This document shows positions 1 to 11,571 of a DNA stretch of 64,000 bases, piece after piece. Both the position numbers and the translations under genes were made by a program. The number at the start of each line of letters is the position of its first letter. Position 1 is the stretch's first letter. This stretch comes from Longimicrobiales bacterium (lineage in GTDB: Bacteria > Gemmatimonadota > Gemmatimonadetes > Longimicrobiales > Gaopeijiaceae): the NCBI GenBank assembly GCA_965203485.1, contig OZ241892.1, positions 3,360,001-3,424,000 of the forward strand. The letters run 5' to 3'. A model generated the notes under the pieces. The model had not been told where the DNA came from. It worked only from the letters and a program-made list of their open reading frames with translations, and did not search any database.

Positions 1-1
1 A

Positions 2-1685
<1,684 letters not shown>

Positions 1686-1689
1686 TCGG

Positions 1690-3333
1690 GTGTTCGCTTT
1701 TTCCTTTCACTTCCCGGCCGGCCGTTATCATGCGACTCCGTGGGGCCGCAACGTCAACGAAGCCGATGTCGCATGGCCTCCTGAGCCCTGGCGTCTATTA
1801 CGTGCGCTGATCGCGGTCTACAGGCGCAAGGGCAATCGCGAACGTTGGTCCGAGGACCATCTTGGCACGCTCATCCAGAGGCTTGCGGAAAGGCCGCCAG
1901 AATACCGATTGCCAGTCGGAGCCATCCACGCCCACACCCGCCACTATATGCCGAGCGGTCCAAAGACCACGCTGGTCTTCGATGCCTTCCTTAGATTGCC
2001 GATCGACGCAACCTTGGTCGTTTCCTGGCCTCGCGTATCGCTGGAGCCAGAGCTGTTCTCTCTTGCCGCGGACCTCGCCGATGCAGTTGGGTACTTGGGC
2101 CGGGCAGAGAGCTGGACCGAGTGCGAAGCGCATGCAGTGTGGGACGGCCAGTCGAACTGCTGTCCCGCGACCATGGATCTGCAAGGCGATCCGGTACGGC
2201 TGATTGTTCCACTGGGCCAAGATGAATATTCGACGGAGCGAGAGCGCATTATGAGCGAGGTGGAGCGTCAGGTATCTGCGACCGCCAAGCGACCGCTCAC
2301 GAAACGGCAAATCGAAAGCAAGGTCGCCAAGGCATTGATCAGCAAGGGAAGCGGTGCCCATACGTTGCCTGAGCGTCTCGTTGATGCATTGGCACTGGAC
2401 ACGGCCGACTTTCAAGATTGTGGATGGAGCCGCCCGCCAGCATCTCGCGAGATTTTGTATACGCGTGCACCAGAAGTTGTTGCGGGCACGGTTTCTCGTC
2501 GTCGCGTTGGTCGTCGTGCGTCGCGCACGAGACAACAACATCTGCCGACTGTCGCTCGCTTCTTGTTGGCAGGGCGGCCACGTCCCCGCATTGAGGATGC
2601 GGTCACGATTGGCGAGTTGATGCGCCGTGCTGCCCTTTCCCAATTCGGGTGGCGGAAGGAGGAGGCGACGAGACGGTCATTTCCCAACGCTCCACCGGAG
2701 ATTTCCGGGCGCGATGCCGAAGGCAAACCCTTGAAGACCCCGTCGCACGTGCATGCATTCTGGTTACCGGAGGACGCCGACGAGGACGGCAGGATCGACC
2801 ATGTTTCGGTTTTTGTCAGGGGCGGCATGGACGAAGATGTTCAAGCAAAGCTCGGTCGCATCACTCGCCTTTGGCTTGGCGGGGGGCCGCGATCGGAGGA
2901 AGTGGAGGCAGAACCCGGCAACGTGAAGGAATGGCACCTCGCTCTTGAAGGCTTCGGCCAACCGTCGGACTTTGCCGGCGATGCGCGCATCTTCGCCCGA
3001 TCCCGTCGCTGGCGGAGCGTCACGCCGTTCCTTGCGGCCGGGTACTTGAAGGCGGGATACCGCGGGGAAATACATCGTCTGCTGAAGCGGCGCGGAATGG
3101 ACATAGCAGGCGTTGAGGTCAAAGTTCTCGACGACATCTCAGTTGGTGGAACTAAACGGCGCACTTTGCACTATCGACGCTTCCGTTCTCGTGGCCGCGA
3201 GCGGCGCCCAGATTCGGCTGGAGCCCTGCTTGAAGTTGCCTTCCCTGCCGTGAAGGAAGGTCCGTTGGCGATCGGTTACGGGAGCCATTTCGGTCTGGGC
3301 CTCTTCGTCGGAGAGCCGATTGGCGACGATTGA
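1690..3333 (+). CDS. csb2: Type I-G Cas5/Cas6 fusion (Csb2)
   Basis: N-terminal 'GRYHATPW...WPPEPWRLLRAL', 'YLGRAESW', and a C-terminal Cas6 glycine loop 'GPLAIGYGSHFGLGLF'. Confidence 0.9.
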   Translation: MFAFSFHFPAGRYHATPWGRNVNEADVAWPPEPWRLLRALIAVYRRKGNRERWSEDHLGTLIQRLAERPPEYRLPVGAIHAHTRHYMPSGPKTTLVFDAFLRLPIDATLVVSWPRVSLEPELFSLAADLADAVGYLGRAESWTECEAHAVWDGQSNCCPATMDLQGDPVRLIVPLGQDEYSTERERIMSEVERQVSATAKRPLTKRQIESKVAKALISKGSGAHTLPERLVDALALDTADFQDCGWSRPPASREILYTRAPEVVAGTVSRRRVGRRASRTRQQHLPTVARFLLAGRPRPRIEDAVTIGELMRRAALSQFGWRKEEATRRSFPNAPPEISGRDAEGKPLKTPSHVHAFWLPEDADEDGRIDHVSVFVRGGMDEDVQAKLGRITRLWLGGGPRSEEVEAEPGNVKEWHLALEGFGQPSDFAGDARIFARSRRWRSVTPFLAAGYLKAGYRGEIHRLLKRRGMDIAGVEVKVLDDISVGGTKRRTLHYRRFRSRGRERRPDSAGALLEVAFPAVKEGPLAIGYGSHFGLGLFVGEPIGDD

Positions 3334-3403
3334 TTCCGTGCCCATTATTCCGAGGACCGACTAGCGCCCCACCGCAGGAACCGAAAGCAGGGCCGCCCAT
3401 GGG

Positions 3404-5110
3404 GTGAGACGAGAAGACCAGCTGAGCCTCGCCCTGCCCCCGCTGTCGGCCGACTTCGTCCTTCCGCTGACGCCGGCCCGCATGGTGAACGAATGGGTCT
3501 ACTGCCCTCGGCTGGCGTATTTGGAATGGGTGGAAGGCGAATGGGCGGACAGCGTGGACACGGCCCAGGGGAAGCGGGCTCATGCGGCGGTGGACAAGGG
3601 CGGCGGCGCGTTGCCGGAGCCCGATGCGCTGGACGAGGAGAGGACGCGGGCGAGGTCCGTCATGCTGTCGTCGGAACGGCTGGGCGTGATTGCGAAGATG
3701 GACGTCGTGGAGACGGCCGGCGGCGTGGCCGTTCCGGTGGACTTCAAGAAGGGAAAGCGGCCTCACGTGGCGGCGGGCGCGTACGATCCGGAGCGCGTGC
3801 AGATTTGCGTGCAGGGCATGATTCTCGAGGACAACGGCTACACCGTGAAGGAGGGGGCGCTGTGGTACGCGGGATCGCGGGAGCGAGTTCGGATCGTGTT
3901 GGACGACGAACTCCGGCGCATGACGCTCGAGGCGATTTCGGGTCTTCGGATGGCGGCGTCGGCCCGCCGCCGGCCTCCCCCGCTGGAGAACAGCAGGAAG
4001 TGTCCCAAGTGCTCGTTGGCGGGAATCTGCTTGCCCGACGAGACGAACATGTTCCGCAAGGGCTATCCGCCTCGGCCGCTGAACCCGGCGGACGATCCGG
4101 CGCTCCCGTTGCACGTTCAGGCGCCGGGATCGAAGCTTCGCAAGCGGGGCGACTGCTTGGTGGTGGAGACCGAAGAGGAGTCGGTCGAGGTGCCCATGGT
4201 TCACGTTTCCCAAGTGTCCGTCTACGGCCCCGTGTACGTCACGACGCCGGCTCTTCACGCGTTGATGCGCGCGAAGATTCCGGTCGCTTGGTTCTCGACG
4301 GGCAACTGGTTTCTGGGCCATACGGTCGGCACCGGTCATGGCAACGTCGATGTCCGCCGTGCTCAATACAAGGCGGCCTTCGACCGGCATCGGAGCCTTG
4401 ACTTCGCCCGTTCGCTCGTGACGGCGAAGATTCGCAACTCGTCCACGATGCTGCGTCGGAACTGGCGGCCGGAACGAGGAACGGAAGGCAAGGCGGACGC
4501 GCTGGCGGGGATGAAGCGAGTGGTCCGTCGGGCGCAACATGCAAAGGAACCGCTCGAGCTCCTGGGGATGGAGGGCGAGGCCGCCGCAATCTACTTCGCT
4601 CACTTCGGCCAGATGATCGCGGAGAAGGCATCGGGGCTGGGATTCTCGTTCGAAACGCGGAATCGCCGCCCGCCCACGGATCCGATCAACGCGTTGCTCG
4701 GGTTGGCCTATGCCGTGCTGACGCGGGCGTTCACCGTGGCCGTGTCCACGGTCGGCCTTGATTCCTACTTGGGCCTCTACCACCGGCCCAGGCACGGCCG
4801 TCCTGCGCTCGCCTTGGACCTGATGGAACCGTTTCGGCCCATCGTGGGCGACTCCTGCGTCATTCAAGTCGTCAACAACGGCGAGATCGGCCCCGGCGAC
4901 TTCGTCTTCAACGGTCCGGCCTGCTCCCTCAAGCCCGGCGGCCGCAAGTCGTTCCTTCGGGCGTTCGAGCGGCGGATGGACCAAGAGACAACGCATCCGG
5001 TGTTCGGCTACCGGGTCTCCATGCGCCGGATGATCGAGATACAGGCACGGTTGTTGGCGCGACACCTGCAAGGCGAGGTGTCCCCATATCCCCACTTCCT
5101 TCCGCGGTGA
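3404..5110 (+). CDS. cas1: Cas4/Cas1 fusion
   Basis: Cas4 part has 'YCPR', 'PVDFKKG', 'QICVQ' and 'CPKCSLAGIC'. Cas1 part has 'LLGMEGEAAAIYF', 'RNRRPPTDPINALL' and 'LALDLMEPFRP'. Confidence 0.95.
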   Translation: MRREDQLSLALPPLSADFVLPLTPARMVNEWVYCPRLAYLEWVEGEWADSVDTAQGKRAHAAVDKGGGALPEPDALDEERTRARSVMLSSERLGVIAKMDVVETAGGVAVPVDFKKGKRPHVAAGAYDPERVQICVQGMILEDNGYTVKEGALWYAGSRERVRIVLDDELRRMTLEAISGLRMAASARRRPPPLENSRKCPKCSLAGICLPDETNMFRKGYPPRPLNPADDPALPLHVQAPGSKLRKRGDCLVVETEEESVEVPMVHVSQVSVYGPVYVTTPALHALMRAKIPVAWFSTGNWFLGHTVGTGHGNVDVRRAQYKAAFDRHRSLDFARSLVTAKIRNSSTMLRRNWRPERGTEGKADALAGMKRVVRRAQHAKEPLELLGMEGEAAAIYFAHFGQMIAEKASGLGFSFETRNRRPPTDPINALLGLAYAVLTRAFTVAVSTVGLDSYLGLYHRPRHGRPALALDLMEPFRPIVGDSCVIQVVNNGEIGPGDFVFNGPACSLKPGGRKSFLRAFERRMDQETTHPVFGYRVSMRRMIEIQARLLARHLQGEVSPYPHFLPR

Positions 5111-5119
5111 CGGGCAGAA

Positions 5120-5413
5120 ATGGCCAAGGAGCGTCTGTACATCGTCGCCTACGACATCGCCGACCCGAAGAGATGGCAACGTGTCTTCGGATTGATGAAG
5201 GGCTACGGCTACTGGCTCCAGCTGTCGGTCTTCCAGTGCAGGCTCGCCGGTCGTCGGAGAGCGGAGATGGCGACGCGCCTGAATGAGTTGATAAATTCCG
5301 CCGAAGACCATATTCTGATCATGGACATGGGACCCGCGGACCAGGTGGAGCCACTCGTGGAGAGCCTTGGCAAGAGCTACGAAGCCCCAAAGCGGCAGGC
5401 GACGGTTGTTTAG
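5120..5413 (+). CDS. cas2: CRISPR-associated endonuclease Cas2
   Basis: 'YIVAYDIADPKRW' and 'WLQLSVF', 97 aa, directly after cas1. Confidence 0.95.
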   Translation: MAKERLYIVAYDIADPKRWQRVFGLMKGYGYWLQLSVFQCRLAGRRRAEMATRLNELINSAEDHILIMDMGPADQVEPLVESLGKSYEAPKRQATVV

Positions 5414-5631
5414 GCTCCGCGCCCGCCCGCCTCGGTCGGCGCGACCGCTCGAGTACCGCCCAGGACCCCGCCAGCGGTCGAAAACGTCCGTTTCCCTTAC
5501 CCGGCAACGGCCGCTGATTGACAATACAGGTACAGCAACGCATCGTTACGCGGGCGCAGCGGGCGCACAACAGCCACCGCTCGCAAGTCGTCCCCAAAAT
5601 CGCGGCGCGACACCGACTTGCGGCTAGGTGG
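5414..5631 (+). promoter_or_regulatory. CRISPR leader
   Basis: Non-coding interval between cas2 and the first repeat, with TTGACA at 5518-5523. The repeat ends in ATTGAAGC, consistent with + strand transcription. Confidence 0.65.
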
Positions 5632-8600
5632 ACTTCCCCGGCCACCAAGCCGGGGCCTCATTGAAGCGTCCGCGCGCCGCGTGCATTCGACGCCGCGAGT
5701 TCGCGCGACTTCCCCGGCCACCAAGCCGGGGCCTCATTGAAGCGCGTGCGCCCGGTGCGTTTCGCGACGAGCGCGCGTCGAACACTTCCCCGGCCACCAA
5801 GCCGGGGCCTCATTGAAGCGTCCGCACGCCGCCCACCGTCGCGCAATGCGGCTCGCAATAACTTCCCCGGCCACCAAGCCGGGGCCTCATTGAAGCGCCG
5901 GCCATGCCGGTGGCGTCGGCCGCGCGCGCGCGCGACTTCCCCGGCCACCAAGCCGGGGCCTCATTGAAGCGCAGGACGGCGGAGCGACTTGGCACGTGTT
6001 GCCGTTACTTCCCCGGCCACCAAGCCGGGGCCTCATTGAAGCGCGTACTCTTCGCGGACGGTGCCGTCCCACGTGTAGACACTTCCCCGGCCACCAAGCC
6101 GGGGCCTCATTGAAGCGTTGTACCTTACGTCGCGGTCGCTGCCGCGATTCAAGGCACTTCCCCGGCCACCAAGCCGGGGCCTCATTGAAGCACCGAGTTC
6201 CAGTGGGAACAACGCGCCGAGGCGTTCGAACTTCCCCGGCCACCAAGCCGGGGCCTCATTGAAGCGAGGATATGTCCGTGCGGTCCGACGACGCCGCCGA
6301 GGCGGACTTCCCCGGCCACCAAGCCGGGGCCTCATTGAAGCGCTTCGGGCACGACGGCCGGATCGCCGGTCCGCGCGAACACTTCCCCGGCCACCAAGCC
6401 GGGGCCTCATTGAAGCGGCCGGTTGTCGCCGTCCAGCTCGCGGCGCAAGTGGAACACTTCCCCGGCCACCAAGCCGGGGCCTCATTGAAGCATCAGCGCG
6501 CTTGCCAAATGCGCATACGCCGTAAACGACTTCCCCGGCCACCAAGCCGGGGCCTCATTGAAGCGATCCTGCTTTCGCGGCCCGATGTTTCTCACGGAGT
6601 GACTTCCCCGGCCACCAAGCCGGGGCCTCATTGAAGCGAGCCCAGGACATGCGGGAGCGGGCCGAATACTTCACTTCCCCGGCCACCAAGCCGGGGCCTC
6701 ATTGAAGCGGTGCCAAAGATCCCCGAATCGCTAATCCCTTACACAACTTCCCCGGCCACCAAGCCGGGGCCTCATTGAAGCCCCGTCCTGCTCCGTCCAC
6801 AGGCGCAAGTGCTCCCGTACTTCCCCGGCCACCAAGCCGGGGCCTCATTGAAGCTAGCTGGAAGCCGCCCTGCCCTGCCGCCCTGCCCTGCACTTCCCCG
6901 GCCACCAAGCCGGGGCCTCATTGAAGCACCTCCAGCACGTTGCCGGCCTTCGGCGTCGTGGGCACTTCCCCGGCCACCAAGCCGGGGCCTCATTGAAGCG
7001 CGGTGTATGTCAGCAACCGCATGGCGGCCTTCCGGGTCACTTCCCCGGCCACCAAGCCGGGGCCTCATTGAAGCGTTCTTCATCGCGCCGTCATCGCCAA
7101 ACTTCGCTACCGACTTCCCCGGCCACCAAGCCGGGGCCTCATTGAAGCCAAGCGGGGGGATAGCCCTAGCCGCCCATCTTTACGCCCAACTTCCCCGGCC
7201 ACCAAGCCGGGGCCTCATTGAAGCGGAGTTGCCCAGGGCCTTGACCACGGCGTCTCCAAACTTCCCCGGCCACCAAGCCGGGGCCTCATTGAAGCGGGGC
7301 CAAAAAATCCGACACCGGCAGTTTTTCGTCCGCCGACTTCCCCGGCCACCAAGCCGGGGCCTCATTGAAGCGGCTTTCCGGCGGAGTTCAACGGTTTCAT
7401 CAGTAGAACTTCCCCGGCCACCAAGCCGGGGCCTCATTGAAGCTCCACCCCCAGTTCGTGGCACTTGGCCACCACGGTAGACTTCCCCGGCCACCAAGCC
7501 GGGGCCTCATTGAAGCACAGCGTCCCCTTGGCCCCGTGGGCCGTTTGGATGGCGACTTCCCCGGCCACCAAGCCGGGGCCTCATTGAAGCGACACCTATG
7601 CCTTTTTCCTTCAACCAATCACAAAGCACTTCCCCGGCCACCAAGCCGGGGCCTCATTGAAGCCGCAGGAACGTCAATATTTCAGGCCACGTTCCGCTGT
7701 AACTTCCCCGGCCACCAAGCCGGGGCCTCATTGAAGCGTCCGCGTTCCTTAAGCTCCATGGGCGACACTTCGGGTTACTTCCCCGGCCACCAAGCCGGGG
7801 CCTCATTGAAGCTTGTTGAGCTCCGTCACCGTCACCGGCTCCCCGGACTTACTTCCCCGGCCACCAAGCCGGGGCCTCATTGAAGCCCACTTCTACATGC
7901 GCTAGTCTATCGTCGTCACTATCCCACTTCCCCGGCCACCAAGCCGGGGCCTCATTGAAGCCGAATCGCCTAAATCCTTACGTAGCAACGATTTAGGCAC
8001 TTCCCCGGCCACCAAGCCGGGGCCTCATTGAAGCCCCCTCGGCCCCGAAGCACCGGGGCCGGGGCCGAGGGACTTCCCCGGCCACCAAGCCGGGGCCTCA
8101 TTGAAGCGGGAGAGACTGGTTTGGGGTTCCCGAGCCAACACGAACTTCCCCGGCCACCAAGCCGGGGCCTCATTGAAGCGGCATCGGACTTGCACTATCA
8201 CGGGGCACTTGGGCGGACTTCCCCGGCCACCAAGCCGGGGCCTCATTGAAGCGACGGCCCGACCGGGGCTGTCCGTTCCGAAATCGGCCCACTTCCCCGG
8301 CCACCAAGCCGGGGCCTCATTGAAGCTGGTACAAGTACTTGTTTACCGCAAGCGAATCGTTATGACTTCCCCGGCCACCAAGCCGGGGCCTCATTGAAGC
8401 AGGGGAACTCGGGAACATCCGTTTGGGGCCAAAAAATACTTCCCCGGCCACCAAGCCGGGGCCTCATTGAAGCATATCGAGGGTCGATTGCGTTAGGGTT
8501 AATGCTCGCAACTTCCCCGGCCACCAAGCCGGGGCCTCATTGAAGCGGGGGATCCAGGGAACATCCGTTTGGGGTCAAATAATACTTCCCCGGCCACCAA

Positions 8601-10298
8601 GCCGGGGCCTCATTGAAGCCCCGCTTCCGGTACTCTTCCCAGGCCGAACGCTCTTACTTCCCCGGCCACCAAGCCGGGGCCTCATTGAAGCTCGGCCGCC
8701 GGCGTCGGGCGGCGCGTTCGCGGCGCCGGACTTCCCCGGCCACCAAGCCGGGGCCTCATTGAAGCGGCCTCCGTTCGGGCGGGCAATGGCTCCATGGGGG
8801 CACACTTCCCCGGCCACCAAGCCGGGGCCTCATTGAAGCACGATCACGTCGCGGCGCGCCGAGCCCGAGTCGCCAAACTTCCCCGGCCACCAAGCCGGGG
8901 CCTCATTGAAGCGGGCCGCCCCGAAGCCCGAAGAACGCGCGGCGCCGCACTTCCCCGGCCACCAAGCCGGGGCCTCATTGAAGCCCGGATGCGCGGTGTT
9001 CGGCCCAGCGCGCGCGCATCACTTCCCCGGCCACCAAGCCGGGGCCTCATTGAAGCCCTAGGGCTGTGCGCCCGTCCGCGCCGTCCGCGCCCGACTTCCC
9101 CGGCCACCAAGCCGGGGCCTCATTGAAGCTGGCTCATCGGCGGCAAGGACACGGACACCTCTACCCAGACTTCCCCGGCCACCAAGCCGGGGCCTCATTG
9201 AAGCGACCGCGCAGTCGGCGTGACGGGCGCACAGTCGACACTTCCCCGGCCACCAAGCCGGGGCCTCATTGAAGCGACCGCGCAGTCGGCGTGACGGGCG
9301 CACAGTCGACACTTCCCCGGCCACCAAGCCGGGGCCTCATTGAAGCCGGAGGTTCGCCAATGCTGTTGCTAGGCTGTCCATCTTACTTCCCCGGCCACCA
9401 AGCCGGGGCCTCATTGAAGCCCATTTGGTGTGCCCGGTCAGCCATCACTCCAAAAAAGGACTTCCCCGGCCACCAAGCCGGGGCCTCATTGAAGCCGGCC
9501 ATGATTCCTGCCCTGCCAACAGATGCAGATTCGACACTTCCCCGGCCACCAAGCCGGGGCCTCATTGAAGCTCCACTTTTGGTTCTCCAAAAGTGAGCTC
9601 TCGTATGAAACTTCCCCGGCCACCAAGCCGGGGCCTCATTGAAGCGCCTTGGCTTGCCGCAAGCTCGAAAGATTGTTGGCACTTCCCCGGCCACCAAGCC
9701 GGGGCCTCATTGAAGCAAGCGCACCAACCTTCCGTGTATGTGCCATACCCGAACTTCCCCGGCCACCAAGCCGGGGCCTCATTGAAGCGCTATGTTCGTT
9801 CCGGCGTACAAGGTCGAGAGAGTGAACTTCCCCGGCCACCAAGCCGGGGCCTCATTGAAGCCGCTCGACCGGCGCGCCCCGGATCCGCACTGCGCTCGAC
9901 TTCCCCGGCCACCAAGCCGGGGCCTCATTGAAGCGTGGCGCGGCTGGAAAGGGGGGACGAATAATGCAACAACTTCCCCGGCCACCAAGCCGGGGCCTCA
10001 TTGAAGCCCGGGATTGTCGCCTAGGCTATGTCGCGCCGGTAGCTACTTCCCCGGCCACCAAGCCGGGGCCTCATTGAAGCACGGTGTCCCCTTGGCCCCG
10101 TGGGCCGATTTCGGAACTTCCCCGGCCACCAAGCCGGGGCCTCATTGAAGCACGTGGGGCGTAGGTCACTCGTCTTGACATTCTGCCTCACTTCCCCGGC
10201 CACCAAGCCGGGGCCTCATTGAAGCGATCACGCCTTGTAGCTTGTGTACGAGTGAGTCGCGGACTTCCCCGGCCACCAAGCCGGGGCCTCATTGAAGC
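5632..10298 (+). CRISPR. CRISPR array, 36-bp repeat ACTTCCCCGGCCACCAAGCCGGGGCCTCATTGAAGC, 64 repeats / 63 spacers (35-41 bp)
   Basis: Repeat units counted by eye and appear invariant, with an internal CCCCGG...CCGGGG hairpin. The last repeat (10263-10298) is not degenerate. Confidence 0.98.
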
Positions 10299-11571
10299 GG
10301 AATGGCCCCATATTTGTGGACACCGGTCTACCATGAGAGGAGTATCCACAATGCCGAGGATGCGCAAGCAGTATCCGCTCGAATACCGACGGAGGATCGT
10401 GGAGCTTGCACGTGAGGGGCGGTCGTGCGAGGACTTGGCGCGCGAGTTTGAGCCGTCGGCGGCGGCGATTCGGGCGTGGGCCAAGGAGGCCGAACTCGAC
10501 GAGTTGCGCCGAGGCGAGGGAATCGCGGCACAAATGCGGGTCGAGCATCGCCGCCTGAAGAGAGAGGTCCAACAGCTTCGGCGTGATCGGGCCATACTGG
10601 CACGTGCCATCGCCTGGCTTCAAGGAGGTGAGCGCATCGACCCTCGAAAGGTGTTCGAGTTTGTGAGCGCCAACGTGGATGACTTTCCGATACGGTCGAT
10701 GTGCCGTGTTCTCGGCTCGTCGCCGAGCGGCTACTACGCTTGGCGGAGGCGGCCGCCTTCGGCCCGGGCCCGCCGGGATGCCGTGCTCCGGCGGCAAGTG
10801 CTTGCCTCTTGGGAAGAGAGTCGGAGGACATACGGGCGTCGGCGGATCCACGCTGACCTCAAGGCGCAAGGTGAGAAGGCGTCCTTGAAGCGAATCGCCA
10901 GACTCATGCACGAAGAAGGCATCGAGGGCGCTCGCAGACGGCCGAAGGGCAACAACTCGAGGGCGGAGCGGCGCGGTTCGGATCGTCGATCAGCGCCTGA
11001 CCTCGTGAACCGGAACTTCCATGTGGACGGCCCCGACCGCCTCTGGGTCGCCGACATAACGCAGGTGTGGACGCGAGCTGGCTGGTCGTACGTGGCCGTC
11101 ATTCTAGATGCATGGAGCCGGATGGTCGTCGGCTGGGCGGCGGAGACGTACGCTTGTGCAACGCTTGTCGAGCAGGCCCTGGCCATGGCTGTCCGCCGCC
11201 GTAGCCCGAACGGCGTCGTGCATCACTCCGACCGGGGCTCGCAGTACAGGTCTCGAGCTCTTGCCGAACGGTGCCGACGGGCGAGGGTGCGGCCATCCAT
11301 GGGAGCGGCCGGCGACACCCTTGCCAACGCTTTGTGCGAGAGCTTCTTCGCAACGCTGGAGTGCGAGTTGCTCGACCGTAGCGACTTCGCGAACCAAGCC
11401 GAGGCCGAAACGGCCATCATCGAATTCATGGAGTGCTTCTACAATCTCCAGCGGCGGCATTCGGCGCTGGGCTATCTCGCCCCTGCCGAGCACGAACGTC
11501 GTCGGGGGTCGGCGACATCCGGCCCGTGCCCGTTGAAGTCGGCCGTCTACCGCGACGCTTCCCGGCTGTAG
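10299..11571 (+). mobile_element. IS3-family element (left end recognisable, right end eroded or absent)
   Basis: IS3-like left end GGAATGGCCCCATATTTGTGGACACC directly after the last repeat, followed by the transposase. No clear right inverted repeat. Confidence 0.75.
10351..11571 (+). CDS. IS3-family transposase, OrfA-OrfB fused in frame
   Basis: GAGGAG RBS before ATG 10351. OrfA HTH 'YPLEYRRRIVEL..', then 'SGYYAW', 'TYGRRRI' and DDE motifs 'WVADIT', 'HHSDRGSQY', 'CESFF', plus 'FYNLQRRHSALGYLAP'. Confidence 0.9.
   Translation: MPRMRKQYPLEYRRRIVELAREGRSCEDLAREFEPSAAAIRAWAKEAELDELRRGEGIAAQMRVEHRRLKREVQQLRRDRAILARAIAWLQGGERIDPRKVFEFVSANVDDFPIRSMCRVLGSSPSGYYAWRRRPPSARARRDAVLRRQVLASWEESRRTYGRRRIHADLKAQGEKASLKRIARLMHEEGIEGARRRPKGNNSRAERRGSDRRSAPDLVNRNFHVDGPDRLWVADITQVWTRAGWSYVAVILDAWSRMVVGWAAETYACATLVEQALAMAVRRRSPNGVVHHSDRGSQYRSRALAERCRRARVRPSMGAAGDTLANALCESFFATLECELLDRSDFANQAEAETAIIEFMECFYNLQRRHSALGYLAPAEHERRRGSATSGPCPLKSAVYRDASRL

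Noticed and set aside
3152..5524. 790-aa minus-strand ORF and similar long antisense ORFs (13634-15949, 24646-26703, 40325-43360, 62239-63975)
   Set aside because: These are shadow ORFs opposite well-supported genes in high-GC DNA, with no recognisable motifs.
5668..10262. Self-targeting spacers
   Set aside because: I noticed no match within the window, but cannot search exhaustively by eye. This needs BLAST against the whole genome.
5628..10297. Many ORFs across the CRISPR array, and the 44-aa N-terminal extension of ORF 10219-11571
   Set aside because: They are translations of repeats and spacers. The transposase has its own RBS and ATG at 10351.
10299..11571. CRISPR-associated transposon (CAST)
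   Set aside because: The transposase is IS3-type, there is no TnsB/TnsC/TniQ, and adjacency alone is not evidence of RNA-guided transposition.
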